A DNA stretch of 64,000 nucleotides, taken from contig JBMNLI010000012.1 of the NCBI GenBank assembly GCA_050952645.1, forward strand, positions 160,001 through 224,000, written 5' to 3'. Shown one piece after another: positions 48,810 to 57,191 of this stretch; positions within the stretch are counted from its first letter, which is position 1; each line of letters begins with the position of its first letter. The notes below the pieces were generated by a model, which ran no database searches, was not told the DNA's origin, and worked only from the letters and a program-made list of their open reading frames with translations. The translations under genes and the position numbers were made by a program. Source of the DNA: Bdellovibrionota bacterium (GTDB lineage Bacteria; Bdellovibrionota_C; UBA2361; CAKMMH01).

Positions 48810-50936
48810 ATGAAAAATAATTTAAAAGTATTTATAAATTTTATTTTAATGTTTTTTCTTTTAGCTTCGAATGCTTTTGCTAGAAACCAAGCGTTTCTAG
48901 TTCCAAAGGCTATGCAAGGGAGAGTAAATTTTTGGGTAGATGTATTTACTAAATATGGAAGACACCACTACGTGCTTCACCATAGGGCGTATCCTCAAGT
49001 AGTTTTTAAGGTGCTAGATTTTAACGTATATGCAAATAGTTTTAGTAAGGCGAGACTTGAAAAGTATAAAGAGCAAGTAAAAAGACAAGAAGTAAATAGA
49101 ATTCTTAATATGGCAAAAGCGTTTAGTTTAGGAAGAAATCCTACTAATAGCTACGAAAAAGAAATTTGGAATAAGCTTATAAATCTTCCTGGAGGTAAGG
49201 CAAATTTTGCGAAACTTTATAAAGAGGATTTAGTAAGAGCGCAAGCAGGTATAAAAGAAGAGTATGGAGAAGCCATAAAACGCTCTGGGCGTTATATAGG
49301 GATCATGGAAAAGATTTTTGTTAATGAGTATAAGCTTCCAATAGAACTTACTAGGCTTCCATTCGTGGAGTCATCCTTTAATTATAAAGCTTATAGCAGC
49401 ATTGGAGCTGCTGGCATTTGGCAATTTATGCGCCGAACTGGTGCATCTATGGGAATGATTATAAATAATGCTGTCGATGAAAGAAAAGACCCAGTAGTGG
49501 CAACTAGAGCGGCTGCAAAGTATTTACGAGCAAATTATAACAAGCTAGGTTCTTGGGGATTAGCGATAACGGCCTACAATCACGGAGCTGCTGGAGTAGC
49601 TAGAAAGGTTAAAGAGTATGGGTCTAGCAATATTTCATATATAGTAGAGCATCCTACAAAAAGGTTATTTGGTTTTGCATCGAACAATTTTTATGCTGAA
49701 TTTTTAGCTGCTCTTGAAGTTTATGAAAATAAGGCAAAGTATTTTCCTAATATAAGACAAGAACCAGCACTCCAATTTCTTCAATATCCTTTAAAATATC
49801 CTATAAAAGTTTCTGAGGTTTCAAGAAGATTAAATGTAAGCGTAGATTTAATACAAAAGTATAATTACGCATTAACTAATAAAACTTTAGCAGGTTATTA
49901 TTTGATTCCTAAGGGCTATAAGATAAAGCTACCTAGTGAGTACGCAAATAGGATAGCGCTTTTAGATGCACCAGATAAATCTGCTAGATATGCTAAAGTG
50001 GCTCCAGCTTGGGAAACTGGGAAACGTTATTACACTGTTAAAAAAGGAGATTCACTAGGGTCTATATCTGCTCGTTTTAATGTTAGAGTATCAACTTTAA
50101 AAAGTTTAAATAATTTAAAATCTGATAAAATTTTTATAGGTCAAAATTTATGTATTAGTAGCGGACACGCTACATCTTTAGGAGATGGAAGACCTACTAG
50201 CCGTGTTAGCTATGTAGTTAAAAAGGGAGATACGTTAAGTGGTATAGCTAAAAAGTTTAAAACTTCTGTTGATAACTTAAAAAGATATAATGGTTTAAAA
50301 AATAGTGTAGTTTACGTAGGGCAAAAGCTTACCGTTTCAGTAGGTTCGCTTAGTGGTAGCTCTTCTAGTAGTTCTTCTAGCATATACGTAGTTAAAAAGG
50401 GAGATACGTTAAGTGGTATAGCTAAAAAGTTTAAAACCTCTGTAGATAACTTAAAAAGATATAATGGTTTAAAAAATAGTGTAGTTTACGTAGGGCAAAA
50501 GCTTAACGTTTCAGTAGGTTCGCTTAGTGGTGGATCTCCTAGTAGCTCTTCTAGTGGAGGAAATGTAGTTAGTGCTTCCTCTAGCGTATACGTAGTTAAG
50601 AAAGGAGATACGTTATTAAGTATCGCTTTAAAATATAAAACGAATGTTCGCTATTTAAAAAGTATAAATAATCTTAGAAGCGATGTGTTAAGTATCGGGC
50701 AGAAATTAAAAGTCCCTACTAACTTAGCTCAAAATGGAGTTAGTAATACTAATAATAACGCTTTAAGAGCGCCTGCAAATAAGCCTTTAAATAAGCCTGT
50801 AAGCTATAAAGTTAAAAAAGGCGATACTCTTTGGGGAATAGCTAAGAGGTATGGGGTATCGGTAGAGAGTATAAAAAAAGCTAATAAAATCGCATCAAGT
50901 GGTATAAAGGTAGGGCAAACGCTAATAGTTAAGTAG
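48810..50936 (+). CDS. MltD-like lytic transglycosylase with five LysM domains
   Basis: SLT motifs VESSF, AAGIWQFM, DERKDP and AYNHG; five Y.VKKGD LysM repeats. Confidence 0.9.
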   Translation: MKNNLKVFINFILMFFLLASNAFARNQAFLVPKAMQGRVNFWVDVFTKYGRHHYVLHHRAYPQVVFKVLDFNVYANSFSKARLEKYKEQVKRQEVNRILNMAKAFSLGRNPTNSYEKEIWNKLINLPGGKANFAKLYKEDLVRAQAGIKEEYGEAIKRSGRYIGIMEKIFVNEYKLPIELTRLPFVESSFNYKAYSSIGAAGIWQFMRRTGASMGMIINNAVDERKDPVVATRAAAKYLRANYNKLGSWGLAITAYNHGAAGVARKVKEYGSSNISYIVEHPTKRLFGFASNNFYAEFLAALEVYENKAKYFPNIRQEPALQFLQYPLKYPIKVSEVSRRLNVSVDLIQKYNYALTNKTLAGYYLIPKGYKIKLPSEYANRIALLDAPDKSARYAKVAPAWETGKRYYTVKKGDSLGSISARFNVRVSTLKSLNNLKSDKIFIGQNLCISSGHATSLGDGRPTSRVSYVVKKGDTLSGIAKKFKTSVDNLKRYNGLKNSVVYVGQKLTVSVGSLSGSSSSSSSSIYVVKKGDTLSGIAKKFKTSVDNLKRYNGLKNSVVYVGQKLNVSVGSLSGGSPSSSSSGGNVVSASSSVYVVKKGDTLLSIALKYKTNVRYLKSINNLRSDVLSIGQKLKVPTNLAQNGVSNTNNNALRAPANKPLNKPVSYKVKKGDTLWGIAKRYGVSVESIKKANKIASSGIKVGQTLIVK
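50214..50561 (+). repeat. Near-identical 174-bp tandem duplication encoding LysM plus Ser linker
   Basis: Units start at 50214 and 50388 and differ by only a few substitutions. Confidence 0.9.
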
Positions 50937-51055
50937 TTCTAAATAATATTTTTGATTAAGAATTAAACGTATATTAGACTTTTATTGTTTTGGCTATTTT
51001 ATCGAAATAATTATTTATCGCAATAATTAAAGTTTAATAGGAGATTCTTATCAAA

Positions 51056-51940
51056 ATGCAAAAAGCAATAGCACCAAAATGCAGGCAAGCACCTGCACCA
51101 TCACTAAAAAAAATATTAGATACCGTAATAGGAGGAGATGCTACAAGTAAGGCGATAGAAAGAGAGCGGGTTAAAACCGTTTTGAAAGTTACGGCATTAG
51201 TTAGCGAAGCACTTGAAAAAGAAAAAACGATTTATATAGAAGATTTGTTTAAAGATATTTTAAATTTTTTAACGAATGAAGATTTAGCTTATTTAAAAGA
51301 AAGCGATGATTTAATAAAAGATTTAGAAAAAAGTTTCTTAAAATTATTAACAAATGATATAAAAAATAATTTTGCGATGGACGCCTCAAAAATCGCAGGT
51401 TTTATGTTTGATAAACTTTCATTTCCTAGAGAGTTTTTTAAAGATGAGTATGTAAAAACCAATATGTTAAGTCTTGCAAGGGAGATAATCAAAAAAAGTT
51501 TAAAAGGCGAAGAGGTAGCAACTGGTGCTTTGTATGTAGTAAATTTTTTACAAAAATGCTTGTCGTATAATAAAGAAGATATTTTCCCTAAAAATTTACG
51601 ATATGAGTATAATAAGTATGGGATTAAGGCTTTAGAAACATCTTTAAAATTAGGTTGCATAGAAGAAGCACAAATAACTATTTCTTTTATGGAAGAATAT
51701 TTAGCTTTTGATAAGGCTGAACTAGAAGAGCCTTATAAGAATGAACTTTTACATAATGCATTATTAAAAGGTTATAGAGAAGCTTTAAGTTGTGAGGTTT
51801 GGAAAGGATGGGTGCCAAAATTTAATAGAAAAGAATACTTTAGAGGTTTTAAATCTTTTGGCAAGGACTATTTAGGTCTTTCAGAAAATCGAATAACAGA
51901 AGAATTAAAAGAAATAGAAAAAGAAATTTTTACTAAATAA
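51056..51940 (+). CDS. Hypothetical protein (helical, charged)
   Basis: 294-aa ORF with AGGAG upstream and no recognisable motif. Confidence 0.7.
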   Translation: MQKAIAPKCRQAPAPSLKKILDTVIGGDATSKAIERERVKTVLKVTALVSEALEKEKTIYIEDLFKDILNFLTNEDLAYLKESDDLIKDLEKSFLKLLTNDIKNNFAMDASKIAGFMFDKLSFPREFFKDEYVKTNMLSLAREIIKKSLKGEEVATGALYVVNFLQKCLSYNKEDIFPKNLRYEYNKYGIKALETSLKLGCIEEAQITISFMEEYLAFDKAELEEPYKNELLHNALLKGYREALSCEVWKGWVPKFNRKEYFRGFKSFGKDYLGLSENRITEELKEIEKEIFTK

Positions 51941-51947
51941 ACTTTTC

Positions 51948-53330
51948 CTACAAATAGCCTAGACTCTCTAAATCTTTTAACTCTTTTTTATTAAATTTTA
52001 TATCTTTGTTGTTTTTATTTTTATTTTCGCCTTTATTTTCATTTTCATTTTTATTTGATACTTTATTTTCAAAAGATGATATTTCTTTTTTTAATGTTGC
52101 TATAATTTCTTGGTATTTGCTATCATTTATTAAATTGTTTTTTTCATCTATATCATCTTTCAAATTATAAAACTCGTAAGAATTATCTTCCCTATTTAAA
52201 ATAAGTTTATTTAAACCATTTATAACGGCAATCTTATTAGCATCTTTTACGTGCCTGCTAGAGGTAAACGTTACTTCCGAAAAAAGCATCCTGTTTTTAT
52301 TTATAGCTTTCGTTAAATTAACGCCCTGTAAAGAAGCATTTGCAGTATCCGATTTTATATTTAACAATTCTAAAATAGTAGGAAGAATATCTATTTGTGA
52401 AACGCTAGCGGTAATTTCCTTAGGTTTTAAATCTTTAGCACTTATTATTAAAGGAACTCTTATAATCTCATTATATAGCGTCTTTGTGTGTCCTATCCAG
52501 CCTCTTTCTAAAAGCTCCTCGCCGTGGTCTGCAACGAATACGATTATAGTGCTACCTAGTAATTTGCTGTTTTTTAAATAATCGTATAGTCTATTTAGCG
52601 CTCTGTCTGTGTAGGTTATCTCTTCATGGTAAAGATTAACTAGTTGTTTTTTATCTTCATCATTAAATTTTAAATCTCTAAGCTTTATAATATGAAGCCC
52701 AGAGGTAACTTTTCCTTTATAATTTGGGTCTGTGTAATTTACACTTTTATGATCTTGATAGTTATAATGAGGGTCAAAATAGTGAGCAAACATAAAAAAA
52801 GGCTTACTTTTATCTCTATTACTTAATTTTTCAATCACGTTGTTCGTAACAGTATTAGCCACTATAGCTGCGTGAGGATTAGTGGGGTTTACATTTTTTA
52901 CAAAATCAAAATCCTTTAATATATTAGATTTTTTATTTAATATTGTATGAGATACAATCGCAAAATTTTGGTAATCGTGTTCTCTTAAATAACTAGGAAT
53001 AGTTTTTATTTCATTAGGCAAGCTACTGGCAAGAATTTTAACTCCATGATCTTTAGGATATAAGCCTGAAAGTATCGAACTTATACTAGGTTTAGTCCAA
53101 GAAGATGCTGCATAAGCATTTTGAAAAGTTAAGCCGTTATCTGATAATTTTTTTATAAAATTACTCTCTATTTCTATTTTATCGTTAAAAGTTGGAAGTT
53201 GCTTTGCAGCTAACGTATCGACTACTATCAGTAGCACATTAGGTTTCGATTTAGTTTGATAACTACTAACAGCATAGAAGCTAGCACTCCCTAAAAGAAC
53301 TAAAAAAAACAGCGATAAATATTTTTTCAT
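51948..53330 (-). CDS. Exported sulfatase-like hydrolase/transferase (alkaline phosphatase superfamily)
   Basis: PNVLLIVVDTL, SSWTKPS, HYFDPH, ADHGE, GH..LY and C-terminal LESLGYL motifs. Confidence 0.85.
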   Translation of the reverse strand: MKKYLSLFFLVLLGSASFYAVSSYQTKSKPNVLLIVVDTLAAKQLPTFNDKIEIESNFIKKLSDNGLTFQNAYAASSWTKPSISSILSGLYPKDHGVKILASSLPNEIKTIPSYLREHDYQNFAIVSHTILNKKSNILKDFDFVKNVNPTNPHAAIVANTVTNNVIEKLSNRDKSKPFFMFAHYFDPHYNYQDHKSVNYTDPNYKGKVTSGLHIIKLRDLKFNDEDKKQLVNLYHEEITYTDRALNRLYDYLKNSKLLGSTIIVFVADHGEELLERGWIGHTKTLYNEIIRVPLIISAKDLKPKEITASVSQIDILPTILELLNIKSDTANASLQGVNLTKAINKNRMLFSEVTFTSSRHVKDANKIAVINGLNKLILNREDNSYEFYNLKDDIDEKNNLINDSKYQEIIATLKKEISSFENKVSNKNENENKGENKNKNNKDIKFNKKELKDLESLGYL

Positions 53331-53519
53331 AAAAAGCCTTTATAACAAAAATGATTTCTTTTAATATTAAGAGAAATGTTATATCATTTTTCTATTAAAA
53401 TCAAAGGACAAACTTAAAAGGCTTTTTAAAAAAACTAATTAAAAATTCTTTATTAAAGAGTCTTTTCGTTAAAGTTATTCAAACTAAAATAAATTTTTAA
53501 ATTCAAGGGTTTTATTTTA

Positions 53520-54335
53520 ATGAGTTATTTTTTTGATAACAATAATTATCTTATAGCTAGAAATATTATAGATCTACTCTTAGTGACGTTTATCATTTAT
53601 AGAGTGCTTCTTCTTTTAAAGGGAACTAGAGCCGCAGCGATGCTTATAGGTTTATTTATAGTAGTTGCTACGTATTTTATCGCAAGCTTTTTAGAATTAA
53701 AAACTCTTTCTTGGATATTATATCAATTCTTAAGTTCGATTATTATAATCTTGATAGTAATTTTTCAAGATGAAATAAAAAGAGGCCTAACAAAAGTAGG
53801 AATAAAATCTTTTTTTAAATTGCAACGCCAAACGGACGTAGAAACGGATAAAATTATCGATGAGTTGACGCTTGCTACGATTAGGCTTTCTCAAGATAAA
53901 ACTGGTGCTCTTATCGTAATAAAGGGAGATGTGGGATTAGATGATTTTTTAGAAGATGCGACGATTCTTGATGCTGTAATAAATAGGAAATTAATTCTTG
54001 CAGTTTTCGATAAAAATTCTGCTCTTCACGATGGGGCAATGATTATTGAGGGTGGGAGAATTAAAGCCGTAGGGTGCATGCTTCCTCTTAGCTACGACCC
54101 GAATATAGACCCAATCTTAGGCACTAGGCATAGAGCGGCACTAGGTATCTCAGAAAGAAGCGATGCGATAATTATCGTAGTATCTGAAGAAACTGGGGGG
54201 ATTACGATTTGTAGAGATAGAAAACTACATAGGAATTTAGACCCTGTAATGCTTAGAGAGTTTTTGCAAAATTTTTTATCTTTACAAAATAATAATAAAA
54301 ATAATAATTCAAATAAAAGTGAGGAAATTAAGTGA
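53520..54335 (+). CDS. cdaA: Diadenylate cyclase CdaA (DacA)
   Basis: Three TM helices and the DAC motifs LHDGA, GTRHRAA and VSEETG. Confidence 0.95.
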   Translation: MSYFFDNNNYLIARNIIDLLLVTFIIYRVLLLLKGTRAAAMLIGLFIVVATYFIASFLELKTLSWILYQFLSSIIIILIVIFQDEIKRGLTKVGIKSFFKLQRQTDVETDKIIDELTLATIRLSQDKTGALIVIKGDVGLDDFLEDATILDAVINRKLILAVFDKNSALHDGAMIIEGGRIKAVGCMLPLSYDPNIDPILGTRHRAALGISERSDAIIIVVSEETGGITICRDRKLHRNLDPVMLREFLQNFLSLQNNNKNNNSNKSEEIK

Positions 54336-55225
54336 AAAATTTTGGACTTCTTATAATCTCATTTATTATCGCTATTTGTTTAATGTTTATAGTTAATGAT
54401 AGGTCTGGGACATCTAGCACAAACTTAGTAGTGCCAGTAGTTACCTCAAATTTACCTACCGATAAAATAGTCGTGTCAACCTCAAAATCTCAAGTGCAAG
54501 TAACTATAAAAGGTCCATCTTACTTATTAAATAATATTAGCAGAACTGGTGTTAATCTTAATATAAAATTTCCAGACAATGTTTCTAATGCTTATAGCAG
54601 AATGCTCTCTCCTAGCGATTTACACTTGCCAACAGGAGTGGAGGTTTTGAATATAGAACCTCATGAACTAAGCTTCACGATAGATAATTTGGTATCTAAG
54701 CGAGTTCCCGTAGTAGTGCCTAGAATAGGCTCGTTAGATAATGCTTATAGACTAGTAGAGTTTAAAGTAGAGCCTGAAGCCGTTGAACTTGTAGGTTCTG
54801 AAATAGAGTTAAGGGGGATAAAAAGAGTTCAAACTGAGTCTGTAGATTTAAGAAATATAACTAGTAGCACGGTGCAAGATGTTAAACTTAGACAAGTTGG
54901 TTCTTTTGTTAAAGCAAATAGCGAAATGGTTAAAGTTAATATCATAATAAGAGACGTGCAAGATACAAAAGAGATAAAGGGACTTAATATTGAAATTAGA
55001 AATGAGGTTAATAAACAGTTTGACGTTAATTATAAAACTGTAGATGTTATGGTTAAGGGAGCTAAAAAAGATATAAAAGTGTTAAATGCAAATAAGGTAA
55101 GGCCTTTTATAAAAATAGATGAGGAAGCTAGTAAAAATAAGCAAGCAAATTTAGAGTTTGAGCTTCCAGATGGGATTTCACTATTCAGTAGCAATCCTAA
55201 AAATGTTTCGTTAAAGGAAAAATAG
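54332..55225 (+). CDS. cdaR: CdaR/YbbR-domain regulator
   Basis: N-terminal TM and repeated V.V..GP / P..V...G YbbR-like units; lies between cdaA and glmM. Confidence 0.85.
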   Translation: MKNFGLLIISFIIAICLMFIVNDRSGTSSTNLVVPVVTSNLPTDKIVVSTSKSQVQVTIKGPSYLLNNISRTGVNLNIKFPDNVSNAYSRMLSPSDLHLPTGVEVLNIEPHELSFTIDNLVSKRVPVVVPRIGSLDNAYRLVEFKVEPEAVELVGSEIELRGIKRVQTESVDLRNITSSTVQDVKLRQVGSFVKANSEMVKVNIIIRDVQDTKEIKGLNIEIRNEVNKQFDVNYKTVDVMVKGAKKDIKVLNANKVRPFIKIDEEASKNKQANLEFELPDGISLFSSNPKNVSLKEK

Positions 55226-55317
55226 AAAACAATTAAGATAAGTTTTTTAAAAAAAACAAAAAAGAAAAAACAAAAAAACAAAGCTATATAATTTTAGTTA
55301 AATTTAAAGGAGATATT

Positions 55318-56676
55318 ATGACGGTTGTATTTTCAAAAACGGGAATTAGAGGGGAAGCTGGAAAGTATCCATTAGAGCCTATATCTTTAGTAAGATTAGG
55401 AATGATTATAGCAAAGGTATTTAGAGAAAATAATAACTCTCCCTTATCATTCGTAATAGGACGAGATACTAGAGTTTCTAGTTATATGATAACGAACGCT
55501 TTAACCTCAGGGCTATTAGCAGGGGGAGCAAATGTAGTGCTAGTAGGCGTTGAGCCTACGCCAGCTATAGTGTATTTCGGAAAGAGTTTTAGAGCGTGTG
55601 CTAGCATTGCAGTTACTGCCTCTCACAATCCGTATCAAGACAACGGGTTAAAGCTTTTTTTATCCGATGGGAATAGGATTTCAGACGATATGCAAAAGAA
55701 GATAGATGAGCTTTTACAAAGTGATGCTAAATTTGAGGTGGCAAGAGAGTTAGGAAAAATTATAAAAATAGAAGACGCAGATGGAAGGTATATTGAATAC
55801 TTAAAAAGTTTTTTTCCAAATGATTTTAATTTAAGAGATTTTAAAATTGGGTTAGATGTTGCAAATGGTGCCTGTTATAAAGTAGCTGAAAAATTATTTA
55901 CAGAACTTGGTGCTAATATAGAGATTAGAGGAAATAAACCTAATGGAAAAAATATAAATGCAGGTTTTGGGAGTGTTTACCCGGAGGTTGTAGCTAAATT
56001 AGTAGTCGATAATAGTTTAGATTTAGGAATAGCCGTTGATGGTGATGGCGATAGAGTGGTAATGGTAACTAGCGATGGAAAAATACTAGATGGCGATGCA
56101 TTATTAGCGATAATCGGTTCTACTTTAAAAGAAATGGGAAAATTAAATAGTAATATAAATACTAACGTAATAGTCGCTAATGTTATGTCTAATTTAGGTC
56201 TCGATCTTTTTTTAAAAAACCATGGAGTTGCAGTCAAGCGTTCAAACGTTGGTGAGGTGCCAGTGTTAAATGAGATGAAAAAAAATGATGCTAGTGTTGG
56301 AGGTGAACAATCTGGGCATATCATATTTAAAGATGGTGGAAACTCAGGAGATGCGCTACTAGCTTCCCTAAAGATACTAGAAATTATGAAGACGACGAAC
56401 AAATCTTTAAAAGAATTAAAAAGAGATTACAAAGGTTTCCCTCAATGCCTTAAAAATTTAAGTGTTGCTTCAAAGCCTGAGATAGAAGAAATTAAAGGGT
56501 ATGCTAAGTTAAAAGAAGATATAGAAAACGAGTTTAAGGAAGATGGCCGAATTTTAATAAGGTATTCTGAAACTGAAAATAAGATAAGAATTATGGTAGA
56601 ACATAAAGATGAGAGCGTTTGCAAAAAGGCTCTAGAAAAATTAGTAATATTTTTTGAAGAAAAAATTGGTATATAG
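55318..56676 (+). CDS. glmM: Phosphoglucosamine mutase
   Basis: TASHNPYQDNG, DGDGDR and GGEQSGH motifs; cdaA-cdaR-glmM synteny. Confidence 0.9.
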   Translation: MTVVFSKTGIRGEAGKYPLEPISLVRLGMIIAKVFRENNNSPLSFVIGRDTRVSSYMITNALTSGLLAGGANVVLVGVEPTPAIVYFGKSFRACASIAVTASHNPYQDNGLKLFLSDGNRISDDMQKKIDELLQSDAKFEVARELGKIIKIEDADGRYIEYLKSFFPNDFNLRDFKIGLDVANGACYKVAEKLFTELGANIEIRGNKPNGKNINAGFGSVYPEVVAKLVVDNSLDLGIAVDGDGDRVVMVTSDGKILDGDALLAIIGSTLKEMGKLNSNINTNVIVANVMSNLGLDLFLKNHGVAVKRSNVGEVPVLNEMKKNDASVGGEQSGHIIFKDGGNSGDALLASLKILEIMKTTNKSLKELKRDYKGFPQCLKNLSVASKPEIEEIKGYAKLKEDIENEFKEDGRILIRYSETENKIRIMVEHKDESVCKKALEKLVIFFEEKIGI

Positions 56677-56701
56677 TAGTTTTTTTTAAGTTTAAATAAA
56701 A

Positions 56702-57118
56702 ATGGATAATTTTAAAAACAAAGAATTTTTAATATCTTTAGAAGATGATTTAAAAAAATTTGCTTACGATTTTGCAAAAGTTTTAAAACCCTCAAAAATA
56801 GTTTCTTTAGTAGGAGAGCTAGGAGCTGGAAAGACTACTTTTGTTAAGTATTTAGTTAAGGCTTTAAATATCGATGCTTCCGTATCTTCTCCCTCTTATG
56901 TATTAGAAAATATTTATGAGGGGAGAGATTTTTTTGTAAGCCACTGGGATTTGTATAGATTAAGCGATTGTCCTATGGAGCTTTTAAATGAAGATTTTAA
57001 AAATGCTATAGTTCTTATCGAATGGGGAGATAAATTTAATGAAATTGAAAGCATAGTGGATATTACCATAAGCTTTGAGATTTTAGAAAATGAAAAAAGA
57101 CGGCTAAGGGTTTTTTAG
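56702..57118 (+). CDS. tsaE: tRNA t6A biosynthesis ATPase TsaE
   Basis: GELGAGKTT, VSSPSY, HWDLYRL and IEW motifs. Confidence 0.93.
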   Translation: MDNFKNKEFLISLEDDLKKFAYDFAKVLKPSKIVSLVGELGAGKTTFVKYLVKALNIDASVSSPSYVLENIYEGRDFFVSHWDLYRLSDCPMELLNEDFKNAIVLIEWGDKFNEIESIVDITISFEILENEKRRLRVF

Positions 57119-57126
57119 CCGTCTTT
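57096..57126. terminator. Bidirectional hairpin terminator overlapping the tsaE stop
   Basis: AAAGACGGCTAA-GGGTTTT-TTAGCCGTCTTT between convergent genes. Confidence 0.65.
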
Positions 57127-57191
57127 CTATAATCGATATACTATATCAATATACTATATCAATATTCTATATCAATATGTTATCAAAATCT

